NCBI GenBank assembly: GCA_003971905.1
Contig: RSEE01000003.1
Location: 620,001-684,000 of the forward strand
Source: Moniliella sp. 'wahieum'
Taxonomy: Eukaryota
Reading direction: 5' to 3'
Length of the DNA stretch: 64,000 nt
The notes under the pieces are model-generated. The model was not told the origin of the DNA and did not search any database. It saw nothing but the letters and a program-made list of their open reading frames with translations. Each line of letters begins with the position of its first letter. Position 1 is the first letter of the stretch. Of this stretch, positions 1 to 13,669 are shown piece by piece. The position numbers and the translations under genes are program-made.

Positions 1-3000
1 GCAGCTCGCCCTCCAGCAGTTCACCCAGCAGCAAGCCCAGCTCCAGCTCCAGTTCGAGAAGTACCGGGCACAGCTCCGCCAGGTCTACCCTGCCACTCCC
101 CCCCATCCCCCTCCCCCTCCCCCTCTCTCTATTCCCGGCCTCTGCCTGCGCCGCCATCTGGGCCACCTGATGGGCCAGTGCCTGCGCCCCGCCGCGGCAT
201 TCAACCTGCCTATCCTCCTAGCTCTAGCTTAGGTTCCCGCCTGCGCACGCGCCGACAGGATAGCCAGGGCAGTCTGCGCGACTTTGCTCAGGCGGTCAGC
301 GACGCAGCTGAGCGCGCCATTGAGGGGCTCACTGCCGTTGGTCGCCGCGCCTCCCTTGACGTCAATCGTTCCGACGAAGGCGTCCGCAGCCGCAGTGAGG
401 TGTCCCCACGTACTCGAGCCCGGACCCTTTCTTCCCCTGTTGCTGGCAGCAACCCTGCTCATCTTGGCCCACCCTCACCCCACCCTCTCGCTCGTCTTAC
501 CCGTGCCGCGCGCAGCGCGACCGATATCCGCTTGAATGCCAACACTCTCGCCACTCCCCCGACCACGGCCCCTTCTGCCCAATTCTACACCGCCCCCCCC
601 AGCCTGATGCATGGCGGGATACCTATTCCTGGAGAAGGTTCAGCCCATTCATTGGCATCAGCGTCGGCGTCGATTGAGGTCGATAATCTCGCCTCGGTCG
701 GCAGCGTGCCCACCGTCGTGAACCACCCTCCGTCGGCCCGCCGGATGGTTGCGGCCGCCTCTCGTACCGCATGGACAGGGTTTGAGAGTTTCCGCAAACT
801 GACGCGCAAGGCCTCCTTTACCGGTTCTATCGCCTCGCCTCCCCCGCGTTCCCTGGTCCCTGCTACAAGCGATTATCCCGGGGGCAACCTATTTGCTGCT
901 GATTCGCCATCTCCGTCCATATTCAACGTGGATCCGAGCCAGGTGCCAGCGCGCTCCCGCCCTTCCACAGCCACCAGCACATCCACCTCCTCCACCCGTC
1001 TTGTGGCTCACCATGCCCTCATACCTTCTGGATCCCCGGCGAAAGACAAACCGTCCCGTCCATCGACTGCCAACACGTCCATCAGCTCCTCCATGCGCTT
1101 CCCACCACGATGGGGCGGGCACATGAGTCTGTCCTCGAACGAAGGTAGGGCGGCGACCTCCTTCGTTCGCAGGCCCGACTCTGCTGACAGCTCCAATCTA
1201 CACGGCCAGACCTCCTCCCAGGCCGGGCACTTCAACTCCACTATTACTGAACAGACATGGACTCGGAAAGAGTCCGACGACCCCCTCCTGCTTCCAGTAC
1301 CCATGATGATTCGAGCCCCCACTCTCATACTTCGCATGGACTGGGCGTACCTGCGCCTAATTCGTCCAACAACACGACCCGACACTGCTAGCTGGTGAAC
1401 TAATCGACGGTTCGCTTTCGGCTGCCAAAGCGCCCTCTTCAATACCACGGACCGGTGACATCCGTGACATCCCTCGTCGGTCTCATCGTTTGGCGGGCAA
1501 AATGAAGTCTCCGCACACTGTTGGATCCGAGGGCACCCACCCGCTCGTTTCGGCCACGTTGCCCCGGCCTGCATTAAGCAACAAGGAGAACCCGCTGGCG
1601 GGGCCGATGGATGCCTACAGGCTCGAGGCCCGCAAAGGCCAGGGGGAAAGCGAGAACGAAGTTGATTCGGGTATTTCGGATGCTTCCCACTCCATGTCGG
1701 AAAATGGCCAGGCGACTGTCGTCGGGTCTTCCGACACTCGAGCGCTCGGCCTGCTGGATACCTGGTCCATACCACCTCAAGCTCTGCCGCCCCTCCCTGT
1801 GAGCCCTCCCTGCCGCCCGCCCTGTGTTGACCATCCCACATTTTCACAGGAGGAGCCGGACGTCTCGTCTCCTCCCTCTGAGAAAAATGAGGTCACGGCA
1901 CAAGCGTTCAGGCCACCGACGCTGACGGCACGCAGGGCCAGCTCTCGCCGCCGCTCGTGCACCAGCTCGGCACGCTGGTCCGTCGGCTCGGGCTTGCACA
2001 AGCGCGAACGAGGTGCTGAAGGCACCGTGCCCCCCATGCCTTCCACCACACACAAATCCCATTCACCAAGCGACCCGCCTATTCGGGCGCCTGTTGGAGA
2101 CGAGGAAGAGGTCCTAGGCCAGCAGTGGGAATCGCCTCTTCCGTCCCCTCGACAAGAACGGCAATCGGTCGAGTCTTCGCTGCTGGATGCGATCGGCCCC
2201 ATCCTAGCCTCTCCGTGTGCCACCTCCACCCCCTCGCTCTCATCCTCCTTGCAGCATCTTGGTACGCACCCCCCTGTTCCTCCCCACGCCGTCCCAGATC
2301 CAACTTGCTGCAGTATACTAACACACCCTTTCCAAGCCCCCTTTCTCTCTCCCGATCGGGCCGAAGAGTTGTTCCAAGACCTCGAATTGATTGGCGAGGG
2401 CGAATGTGGAGACGTGTACTGCGCCCAGCAACGCACGGTTACCAAGGACCAAGTAGCCATCAAAGTCGTCCGCTCCACTACCTCGGCCGGCACCGCGCGC
2501 CTGGCCCATCTGGCTACAGAGCTCTCGTCGTGGCAGCGCGGGCAGAGCACTCGTGTCGTTGGGCTTCGGGGCGTGTACCTGGCGCCTTCGGCCTCCGACC
2601 CAGAGGGAGCAATTTGGTTAGTGCAAGAGTTGATGGATCGGAGTGTGGCGGACGTGTTGGCGTCGAGGCAAGGGCCACTGGAGGAGAGTGAGGTGGCCCG
2701 CATCGTGCTGGATACCTCGATCGCTCTCTCCTTCCTTCATACCCAAGGGATTGTGCATTGCGACGTGCGCTCAGATAACCTCCTGCTCGCTGGTACTGGG
2801 ATCACCAAGTTGACCGACTTTACTCATGCGGCTCACCTTGCCCCTCGCCAGTGGCGCACCACCATCGTAGGCACCCCGTTCTGGATCGCCCCCGAAGTGA
2901 TCACAGCCCAACCGTACCGCTTCAAAGTGGACATTTGGTCCTTGGGCGCCGTGCTGTGGGAACTGAACCAAGGTGTTCCCCCCTACATTGACTTACCGCC

Positions 3001-3244
3001 GCCGCGGGAGGCGGTGAGGCAGATTGCCCAACGTGGTTTGCCGCCCTTGAGCGACCCGGCACGTTGTTCCCCGCAGCTCGGTGCGCTCTTGCATGCCTGC
3101 ACGGCGCTTGAGCCGGACCAACGACCCACAGCAGAGCAGGTTTCTACCCCCTTCCTGGCCCAGGCTGCGCCCTACAGTCACATGATCCACCTCCTCGACC
3201 TCGTTCATCAGGTCGAACAGCAGGCGGAAGAGCCAGAGGAGTAA
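1..3244 (+). CDS. STE20/PAK-like Ser/Thr protein kinase with long low-complexity N-terminus (5' end outside window; indel-broken)
   Basis: C-terminal kinase domain in ORF 1490..3244: IGEGECGDVY, VAIK, HCDVRSDNLLL, LTDFT, IVGTPFWIAPE, DIWSLG. The upstream S/P-rich ORF 178..1398 and a Q-rich frame at 1-100 are probably the same gene joined across frameshifts. Confidence 0.8.
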
Positions 3245-3451
3245 TGCGCTGATTGACAAGACTATGGCGATCTTTTAGGGGCCGCAAGGCGACGGGGAAG
3301 CATTAAAGATGCATGACTGTACGGGGAAACGCGGGGTTGGCGAGGCTGGAAGCCTCGCAAAGATAAGGACAGCGAGGGAATGAGACACAATCCGTAGGTA
3401 GGTATGAGGCGTACAGGAAAGGAAAGGAGAGAGGAAGGCAGAAAAGGGTGC

Positions 3452-5027
3452 TTAGTCCACCGGCTCGTAGCTCCAGATCCGCGCATTAAAGTCGCCCGAG
3501 CCCGTTGCGAACAACCGGCCGGCCGGAGAGCAATGGATGGCGATCACCGAGTTTTTGTGACCTTGCAACAAAAATTGAGCTTTGCCCGTTTCGGTCGACC
3601 AAACTCGACGGCGCGGTCTTTGGAACCAGAGCAACAAACTCGCCGCCCGGCGTGATGGACACACTGAGCACAAAGTCCCGGTGACCCGTCCAGGCCACGC
3701 TGCCCCCGCCGCGCCAGTGGCGCAGGGTGCGGTCCAACGAGCCGGAGATGAGGTCGCCCGTAGGCGCATAGGCAAGAGAGTAAATACTGTCCGTGTGGCC
3801 CTGTAGGTTTTCGACTTCTTCCCCCGTCGCAGTGGAGAAGATACGGACGCGCGAGTCGAGCGAGCCAGCAGCGACAAGGGGCAAGGTAGGGTGCAGCGCT
3901 ACGCTAGTCACCCCTGGTCTACCGACGGACGTTCGTCCATCCGACACACGCCTTCTTCCCGCCCTCGCTCGGCATCCCACAACCGTACCGTCCCATCTCC
4001 CGAGCCGGACGCTAACACGCTCCCGCGCCAGTCGAGCGCATAAATTTCTTGCGTATGCGCACGCAGCAGGTGCAGCAACGAGCCCCCGGCCAAATCAAAG
4101 ATGCGCACCAGCATGTCTTCCGCCCCCGTTGCCAGCCGGTCTCCCGAGGGGGAAAACACACAGACCGAACATACAAGTCGTCACGCTGCGTGTGCCGTAG
4201 CACCACCACCTTAGCCCCGGTTTTCGTATCGTACACCTGGGCCATTCGGTTACTGCCCGTAGCCAGCTGACGACCATCGGGAGAAAGCGGACGCTGCACA
4301 CAACACTTTCGTGCATCAACGTCTGCACCAAGTTGACCCGCAACCGGGGTTGGGCGGGTAGATCGCAATCCAATCGCTGCCTTCGGTTTTGTGCGCAAGG
4401 GTATGTCGTCAGGGTCTCGCTCGGCCATCTCAGCCAACGTCTCGTTGGCGTACCGCGTATCCTCGCTCGGCTCGGGCGGCGGCGTGACGCGCGAAGGACC
4501 AGCGTGGCTCACTGGACCTACGGAGCCCGGCGGACGACTGGGTGGCAACGAAGTAGGCAGAGGCGGGGGCAGAGGCGCGCGCGCACCTTCCTCCTCGATC
4601 TGCCGCTGCAGGCGGGAAATCTCGTCGTGGTACCTGCGGTGGGAGGGGGGTTAGTGGGCGAGGCAAGCGAGGCAAGCGAGGCAAGCGAGGCGGGGCGCCT
4701 GACGGGCAGGTGGGGGGGGGGAGGACGAAGAGCGTACTGGGCCTCGAGACTGGCATGCCGCTTCTCCAGCTGGGCGAGGAGACGGTGCATCTGCCCGACC
4801 TCCTGGGCCTGGGAAGCAGCGAGCGCCTGCACCTCGGCTTGGTCGGCGCGGGAGGCCGAGGCAGCCTCGTGCACGCGGTCAAACTCGGCCTGGACCGCAT
4901 CGAGCACAGCGGCAAGGCGGGCGGACGCGTCGAGCGTGGGCGCGGGCGCGGGGACAGCGGCAGAGACAGAGACAGAGACGGCAGCGTCGGGACGCACCCC
5001 GCGCGCAGGCGGGAGGGGCGAGGGCAT
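3452..5027 (-). CDS. TUP1: Tup1 WD40-repeat general transcriptional corepressor
   Basis: N-terminal Tup_N helix ([14 protein letters not shown]...[24 protein letters not shown]). WD repeats [53 protein letters not shown] are pieced from several frames. Intron 4634-4737 (GTACGC..CTAAC..CAG). Confidence 0.92.
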
Positions 5028-6059
5028 GGTGGGGAAGGGGCCGGTTAGCTGGGTCGCTGGAGCGCTTAGCTTGGCTTGGCTGGCCCCAACGCGTGCCTGC
5101 CGCAGCGGGGCGGCCGACACTGGCGCCGTCCTGCTCGCGCCGCCACGCGTCACCGCTCGGATGCGCTCTCTATTCGATTCAATATTCACTCTTCAAGCTT
5201 CAGCTTCACATCTCAGAGCTCCCCAGGCTGTCGTCTTCCTGCTGGGGCTGGGCTGCGTGCTCGTGCCTGCTCTGCCCCCGCCATGGTGCATGCAGCCCAG
5301 GCACTGCCCCTGCTTGGCCCATCCGCTCGGCGCTCAGAGCACGTGACTGTGACATGTGCCACGCAGCCTGTGACAAGCCAATGACTGGGACTGTGACATG
5401 TGACATGTGACAGGCTGCGTCCCATCATGCATCATGCATCATGCGTACCTAGCAACCCGTCGCAGCTGGGAGCTCATCGATCCACCGATCATCATATCAG
5501 GCACCATAACGCCACCACTCCTCCTCCGCCTCGGGGTACCGCAGTGCCTCGTGCACCCCATCAGCGCATCCGATATTCAACCTTCCACGGGTGATTTGCA
5601 TGGGAGCAATGTATTTGAGAGGGTTACACGTTACCGGTTAATGTAGGCGCTGATCCGATGGGGCTCCCGGCCAGGTTGGTGAGGCGTAGCGAATCGTTGG
5701 GCTTGCGGCCTCAGCCTGAGGCCCTGAGGCTTGAGTATGAAATGTTGCCACTCGCAATTGCAACATTGGGCATTGCTCCGCTGGTGAGTTGATTAAATTC
5801 CGTTTGAGTTCGAAGCCACCCGCTCTTATCAACACCACCGCATCACCCATTCAATATTCATCATCCACCGTGCAACGTTCAAGCTGTTCAAGACGTTCAA
5901 GCTGTTCATGGTCACTGAGTACTTAGTCACGGCACGCATCACATGTCACAGCCCCTAGCCACTTGCATCCCGACGGAAGAAAACACCACCGCAGACTCGT
6001 CGCCGTCACATACACCCCTTTCCCCACCACCTTGCCCCCACGCTGCTTACGCTGCCCGC

Positions 6060-9000
6060 ATGGCCGGGCCAGCCTGGTCCGGGTCGCTAGCCTGCCTGGC
6101 ACTGAGTGTCCTTGCTACCCGCGTCGTTGGTGTTGGCGCCCAGAACGCTGCCCCCGATGACAACTCCAACTCTGGCCCCCAGGCCACATCTGAGAGCGCT
6201 GGGCAAATCGCCGTTTCATTGTGGGTCAACGGCGTGTTCTGTGCCATTGAAATTGCTCTCTTCTTGCTCCGCGCGCCCGCGCTTCAAGAAGATCTACTCG
6301 CCACGCACTTTTCTTGGGCCCAAAACTAAGCGTGTCCCCCGCCAGTCTGACTCGCTCCTGGGCTGGATTCTCCCCGTAATCAAGGCGTCCAAATTTGACA
6401 TTCTCGCAACGCAAGGCTTGGACGCGTTTGTCTACCTCGAGTATCTCGAGATGAGCATTATCATCTTTCTCCCCATTTTCTTCCTCACCTTTATCATCCT
6501 TATGCCCATCTACTCCACCGGTACCACTGCCGGCAAGACCGGCATCGACCAGTTGACCTTTGCCAATGTCGGGCGCGAGCAGACAGCCCAGTTGAGATAC
6601 ATTGCCACTTTGGTGATCCAGGTGGTGTGCACCGTATGGATGTGTTTTGTGGTGCACGCCAAGGTCAAGAATGTGGTTACCATCCGTCAAGACTACCTCA
6701 TCTCCCCGCGGCACACCCAATCGGCCCAAGCCCGTACCATCCTCGTCACTGGCATTCCCAACAACCTCCTGTCGGAAAAACGATTGACCAAAATGTACTC
6801 CCATCTCCCAGGCGGTGTGGCCAAGGTGTGGATCAACCGCAACATGCGCGATTTACCCGCGCTTGTCTCTCGCAGGACCAAATTGGTTGAGAAGCTGGAG
6901 GATGCGCAGTCCAAGTACATTCTCAAGGCCTACAAATTAATCCGCAAGGGAAAACTCACAGTCCAAGAGGTGTACACTCCCGATGGAGTTGTGACCCAGT
7001 TCACGGGTAGTAACCAGGAGATTGCTCACTATCTGCCTCGCCCTTCTCATCGGGATGGATGGATACCCTTTCGTGGGTGTAAGTACGACACATTTGACCA
7101 TTGCCGCACAGAGATTGCGCGCTTGAATCAGGAGATTGATGGGCGACGCCGCGACATGACTAGGAATCGGAAACAGTACCCCCCCAAGAACTCGGCGTTT
7201 ATCCTTTTTCATCAGCAGATCGCTGCCTATCTTGCTTATTCGGCACAGACTCACCACCTTCCCTATATGATGGTCAACCGTTACTTTGAAGCCCACCCCA
7301 AGGACATTGTTTGGGCCAACTTGAACGTGAATCCCTATGAGAAGAAGATCCGTACCTCTATTTTTTGGGGTGCCACTTGGGGCATGGTGCTCTTTTGGTG
7401 TCTTCCCGTTGCCTGGTTGGGTTGATCTCCAACATTAATGCGCTAGTCAAGGTAGTTCACTTTTTGGACTTTCTGACGCACATTGGTTACCTCCAACAGA
7501 TGATCCAAGGCATGATCCCTTCTGCCATGCTTGCCCTCGTCAATTCCTGTCTGCCCATTATTATGCGCATCTTTGGCCGATTGTCAGGTGAGCCAACGCG
7601 GTCGTCGATCGAGCTTTCGCTCATGGACCGCCTGTTCTACTTCAACTTTTTCCAGAACTTTCTCTTTCTCACCATTGTTTCCGGATCCGTTTCGGACATC
7701 ACCAACTTTATCTACTCGCTGGCCAATCATCCCACCGCATTTCCTGGCGACGTGGCCGGTGCTATCCCACAAGGATCTACATTCTTCATTGCCTACATCA
7801 TGCTTGCTGGTGTACAAGGCGCTGCGGCAGGTCTGCTGCAAGTGATCCCCTTTTCCCTGTACTACATTCGCAAGTTTGTTTTTGGCCAGTCTCCACGCGG
7901 GGTGTGGCGGACAGACAACCGTCTCTTCCGCGGAGAGTGGGGAGTGCTCTTTCCCCATACCACACTCATCACTATCATTGCCACGGGCTACATGGTGGTG
8001 GCCCCCTTGGTATCTCTCTTTGCGTTGACGACGTTTTGTCTCTATTGGCTCCTCTATCGGTACCAGCTGATTTATGTTTGGCTCCAGCGCCCGGCGTATG
8101 AGACACTCGGACTCTACTTTCCCCCGCCATTGACCAATTCTTCTGGGGCCTGTATCTCGAGATGGTCATGCTTGCTGCCCTCTTTTTCCTAGCAGGTGCG
8201 CCCAATTCAGCTGGAGTCCAGAAGCAAACAGCCATTCCGGAAGGTATGCACCCCCCTCCCCCCCGTTCCCTTCCCCTTTCCTTTCCCCTCCTTTTTGCAT
8301 GATACGAGGTGGTAAACTGACATGCGATGTAGGCGCAATCATGGTGATCTTAATTGTTGGTGTCGCATGTTTCCACTTCTTTCTCAACGATTCGTACAAG
8401 CCGCTGCTTACCACCCTTCCGCTCAGCTTGGTCCATGATGACGATGAACTGATGCGCGAGTTACACGAGGACGAGGAATTGGAAGGCGAAGCGAGGGAGG
8501 GTGAGATTGTTGCTGGGCCAATGATGGACGACCCAGAGGACGAGGAGCAAGACGAAACTCTGTTGGGCCCCCAAGACGGATTCAACCCTGGCCTTGTTGC
8601 CTCTCCCATATCGGAAGTACCTTATTCCAACAGTTGGAACGACCCAGCAGCTGCGGACCATCCACCATCCTTCGTAACGGCATCCAACTCGAGCTGTCAA
8701 GGGACAACGTCGATGGGTGAAAAAACACCGATGGAGACGTTGGGGGAAAAGACGTTGATGGTTACTATGAGCGAGCCGACTGACACGGAAAAGACCACGG
8801 GAGAAACGGTACGCCAAGCACGCTCGGACAAGGCACCCACCTCAATCCTTTTACCTACCCCCTCTTCGAGTGACACGGCCATCGGCTCCGCTTGTTGCCC
8901 TTCGAGTTGGATTCCTTCGCGGAAAAATTCACGGGAACAGACTGTCCAATGGGCCGAGGTGGAATTGGATGACCCCTTGTCTCCTTTGGGGGCCAAAGCC

Positions 9001-10071
9001 CCCGGATTATCCGTTGCGCCAAATGCATCGAAGAGGCCTTTACCTCGCAACGTCTCGAGCGGGTCTGTGCCAAAAGCCGAGGGCTGGTTGACCTCTACTG
9101 TTGTGGCCTCTACCCCAATTGGCCCCACCCACCGACGCACCAACATACTCAGAGTGCCCCTCTGGTGCGCATGGAAACAGTCCATTCCAAAGGCGTGTCG
9201 AAGAGGCTTCTCACCCGTTCTCCTAGCACCCCCACCCTGGCCTTGTCTGGTGCCTCGGACTTGCCCCCTCCTTCCACTGCCCCCCCAAAGACTCCTTACG
9301 GAACACAGGCGCGCCCCTCGTTGGGCAACGCAAGATCGCTACCCCTGCTCAGATCCTACACCAGACACGACCAAGTCTAGGCAATAAAGAATCTACCTTC
9401 CTGCTTACGAAGGACATTCCCACTCCTGCTCCCATTCCAACTCCCTCTTCCGCTCCCAGCCCCGCTCCCATTCCGGCCCCCACTTCCACTCCCACTCCTA
9501 AGAGCAAACAAACTACTTGGAGTAGCTTCTTTTCCCTCCCCATTCTGCTCCGACAAGGCACCTCTTCCTCTGTGTTGCCCACCGCCTCGCCGGCCCGGCG
9601 CGACGCAGATGCGACCCCGGTCCTGGAGAAAGAAAAGAACCCAGACTCGTCTGCGCGCGGGAAGCGCACATTGACACTTGGCTCGCTCAATGTGCCCATT
9701 ACCAAGCGCTCGTTGACCGCGCCCTTGGGCTTTATGCGAGTAGCGGACCAGGCACGTGAACACCGCTCGCAACGTTCCCTGTTTGAGAAGGAATTCCACG
9801 TTGACTATGACCAGTTGATGACTGCCTTCCTCCCCCCGGCGGCAAGGGAGGAACAATGCCCCTCTGGTACCCGCAGGACGAGCTTGGGATCGCTCATCGT
9901 GCACTTGCCCAAGCCCAGGCGATTGGTTTGGCAGCTACCACCGAGGGCGCGCGGGTGGAGAAGACGTTGGTCCACTATGGAACCGGTAAGCTCCGTTGGG
10001 AACACGCCACCGAGACTATTGTTGTCTCTGCTTCGCACCCTCCTGGGGAACCTTGGGACGACGAACACTAG
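6060..10071 (+). CDS. CSC1/OSCA/TMEM63 (RSN1/PHM7, DUF221) calcium-permeable stress-gated channel
   Basis: RPRFKKIYSPRT, GLDAFVYL, ARTILVTGIP, NSAFILF, PKDIVWANL, multi-TM region, C-terminal PLWYPQDELGIA (PHM7_ext-like). N-terminal signal-like peptide; intron 8244-8332; several frameshifts. Confidence 0.9.
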
Positions 10072-11978
10072 ATGATGCATACCTCTGTCCTCCTTCGGGC
10101 GTCCTTCTCACCAGCACGGATGGAAGCAGATATGCCCCCCTTCTCTGCTTGAAGACCCGACCTCGACTGTGGATCCAGACACTGCACTGTCATCTACCCG
10201 TGCCTTGCGCGACTTGTGCCAGCTCCCAGGCGTCCAGGGAAGAAGAAGAAGACCCATACTGTTGATACACTCCCACCCTTCTCCTCTACTCGAACACAAC
10301 CTCTGCTCCTTGGTGCGCTCGGTCCAGAACGCTCGACGGCCAACCCCTGTCTTCCCAAGTCTGCTGCCCTACCTCACTTGAAAACCGCACCATTTGGCCA
10401 CCTCACATCAGCACCTACCTAGTTCTTGTTCACTAATCTCCTCTGTCGCACATGTCATGCATGCTTCTTTCCATATTCCCTCCTGCATAGGTTTGCCTGT
10501 GGTCCCTGGGCTCCTTGGGGCTGGGAGGCGGTTTGGTAGGGAGGCCCACGGCACCTTACTGTGCTTACGAAGTTCGAATCGATATGGCGAGTGGTGTGCG
10601 GACGATGGTGGCGCCCAGACATGGGACGGAAGATAAAAGCGGAGGGCACGGACCACAAACTCTCCGTTTTTAGGAATGGGAGACACAGGGTCACAGGGTC
10701 ACAGGGTCACCACTGCGACGCACCCTCAGGATACATGGAGTCTACGAGGCTGGGCGCTCAGGCTGAGCACGCCCCTGCCCTACTACACGCTGAGCGCTTG
10801 GGCCACCTGGGTCACGCATTTTGGTCCTAGTCACGCGTCAAGCTCAAGTTAGCCAGCAGTCGCTGTAACATGTAACGCGTAACGTGCATACCGAAAGCGC
10901 CAGCGACTAGCTCGAGCTGTCTCCGATCTGACCTCAGACTCAGATCCCAAATCTCAGTCGCAGGTGAGAAGGCCTACGGCCCAGGAAAGGCGGTACCTAC
11001 CGGACACCGGATACTAGGGTGCTACGCGCTACACGCAGAGAGCTTGGCTCGATCCCTCTGGGGTGGCCGGTGAGATAGGGTGGCGGGGGCGACAGATGGG
11101 CCTGGCCATTGCCTAGTGAGGCATGTGGAAAGATGCACTGCTTCGCAAGTAGGCACACGCGGCCGCTCGGTGCGCCCATTTCATCCTGCCACCACGGGAG
11201 AACTTTGCCAGAACTCATCTGGGGCCCCTTGGATGCTTTCACACACCCACATCACATGTCACACACCACACGTCACTCACCGCCGTCACAACGTCACTGG
11301 CCACCTGGAGTGGTACTTAGTTGCAGACAGCACACCCAAGCACACCCGACTCAGTACACGGTCTGAGTATTACTCAATACTCAGTTACTCTCGGTGCCAT
11401 ACTAACCTCGGTTCGCGATGGCCGGGTGGATTGGCGTGCATTGGCTGTATAATGGGCCCGACGATGATGCTGGCGATCGATAATAGTGAGGCATCGATAC
11501 ATCGATAATCCTCCTCTCGATCGAGAGCGGCGGTCGCCAGAGTGGGTTTGGAATGGCCTGTTGCTCGCTGTATCGATGCTCGATCTTATCGATTATCGTT
11601 GTTTTCGTACCGTACATACTGCATACTTACCAAATTGATCAGGCCGGGCCGTGCATATCATAATCGTGTTGTCACACATTCCGTCTCACATAACGCACCC
11701 CACAGGTTCGACCGCGCCAGCCAGTCGCCTGCCAGTACCAAACCCCAGACAACCACACTGTCGAACTCTTCCGACGGGCTCTTGCCTCTAGCCCCGCGGG
11801 TGGCCAACAGAGCGGGTGTGCTGAGACGCACTGCTACTTGCCACCGGCCCATCCCCGCTGGTACAGCTTAAATACGCTCTGCCTCGTTGCGCAACCGGCA
11901 ACCACACAGCGCCATCCTCAGCACACTCACCTAACCCAGCACTCGCCAGAGTACTCAGCTCAGCGCACCCACCTCACG

Positions 11979-13669
11979 ATGCCCAGCGACGAAGAAAAGC
12001 ACAACCACACCCTCCTCCAGGCATTTGAATGGTACGTTTGGTTGGCAGTCGCCTCTGTTTTCCGTTGCGCACGACTGACCTAGATGGGGACAGGTACACT
12101 CCCGGGGGCGGAAACCACTGGCACTGGCTAGGGAAAAACGCCGAGCGGTTCGCGTCGATGGTCTAACGGATCTTGGCTTCCGCCGCCGTACAAGGCGGCG
12201 TCTGGTGACCAAAGCACTGGATACGACGTCTATGATCTCTGGGACTTTGGCCAGTTTCCCACCAAGGGCACGGACCCAGCCACGACGCAGACCAAGTATG
12301 GCGATCGGAAGGCGTTCGAGCAGGCCCTCGCCCAGCTCAACAAGGCAGGTGTGGAGCGGATTTACCTCGACGCCGTCCTCAACCACCGCATGGGTGCGGA
12401 CAAAACCGAGACTTTCCTCGCCCATCCGGTTAAGGAGGACAATCGGCTGGAGGAAGGCGAAGCGTACGATATTGAAGGCTATACCTCCTTCACATTCCCC
12501 AACCGCATTCCCGAGGGCAAAGCCAGTATCGATAAGCCGGAGTACTCTTCCGACCCACCTTTCTCTACCTTCCAGTGGACATTTAACCACTTTACTGGTG
12601 TCGACTGGGATCAGAAGCAGGAGAAGAACCAAGTGTTCCGCATTGAGGGCGATGAAAGAACTGGGCAAGGATGTGGATGGGGAGAAAGGATCGTACGACT
12701 ACCTGATGGGCGCCGATGTGGACCATGCGCATCCAGCAGTGCGAGAGGAACTTTTCCATTGGACCGAGTGGGTTCTGCGCACCTTCCCTATCAATGGAAT
12801 GCGCTTCGATGCGGTCAAACACATTTCTCGCGACTTTATTCGTGACTTTGTCCACCATTCTCGCCAAGTCTCTCGCGAAATGCGCAAGGAAAAGGGTCTG
12901 CCGCCCGCCAACGAGGATGAAGGGCCCATCCTCTTCTCTGTCGGCGAACTATGGAAAGACGATGTGGGGACCTGCGTCTCCTACTTGGAGCAGTTTGCCG
13001 CAGGCGAGAACGGGGAGCAGTTCTCCCTCTTTGATGCTCCCCTCCACTACAACTTTGTTCAGGCGGGCGAGCAGGGGAAAGACTTTGACCTGCGCACCAT
13101 TTTGACGACACGCTCGTCAAAGCCCGTCCACTGGACGCTGTCACCCTGGTCGCGAACCACGATACGCAACCGGGCCAAGCACTGCAGTCTGTCGTCGCCC
13201 CGCCCTTTGTGCCGCTCGCGTACGCGCTCATTCTCCTGAGGCAAGACGGGTTCCCATGTGTGTTCATTGGTGATCTCGATGGCTGCCATGGCCAGGGTGA
13301 GGGGGCGAGGCAACACACGAGGTGCCCCCCATGTCGGACCTGGACAAGTTATCTATGCCCGGCGGCACTTTGCGTATGTGAACAGCGCGATTTGGGACTT
13401 TGCCCAGTGTGTGGGATGGTCGCGGGCGGGGGACGAGGCGCATGATGGATGCGCCGTGGTAATCTGCAATGGCGAGGGAGGGGAAGAAGGTGCTCGAGAT
13501 GGCGAACGCTACAAGGGAAAGACCTTTGTCGACCTTCTTGGTTGGCACGAGGGGAGATTACTATCGGAGACGATGGAAGGCCGAGTTCCTTTGTCCTGCT
13601 AGCAGCGTGTCGATTTGGGTCCCGAAAGACTCGGAGGCCCTTCAGCACGTCCCAAACGGCAAAAAGTAG
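11979..13669 (+). CDS. Intracellular GH13 alpha-amylase (GH13_5, bacterial liquefying-type)
   Basis: TLLQAFEW|Y, GYDVYDLWD, DAVLNHRMGAD, YDYLMGADVD, GMRFDAVKH (nucleophile), VGELW (acid/base), NHDTQ. No signal peptide; intron 12032-12093. Confidence 0.92.

Noticed and set aside
10408..10694. Small minus-strand gene downstream of the channel gene
   Set aside because: An ATG and a GTAAGC donor are present, but there is no convincing downstream exon or protein motif.
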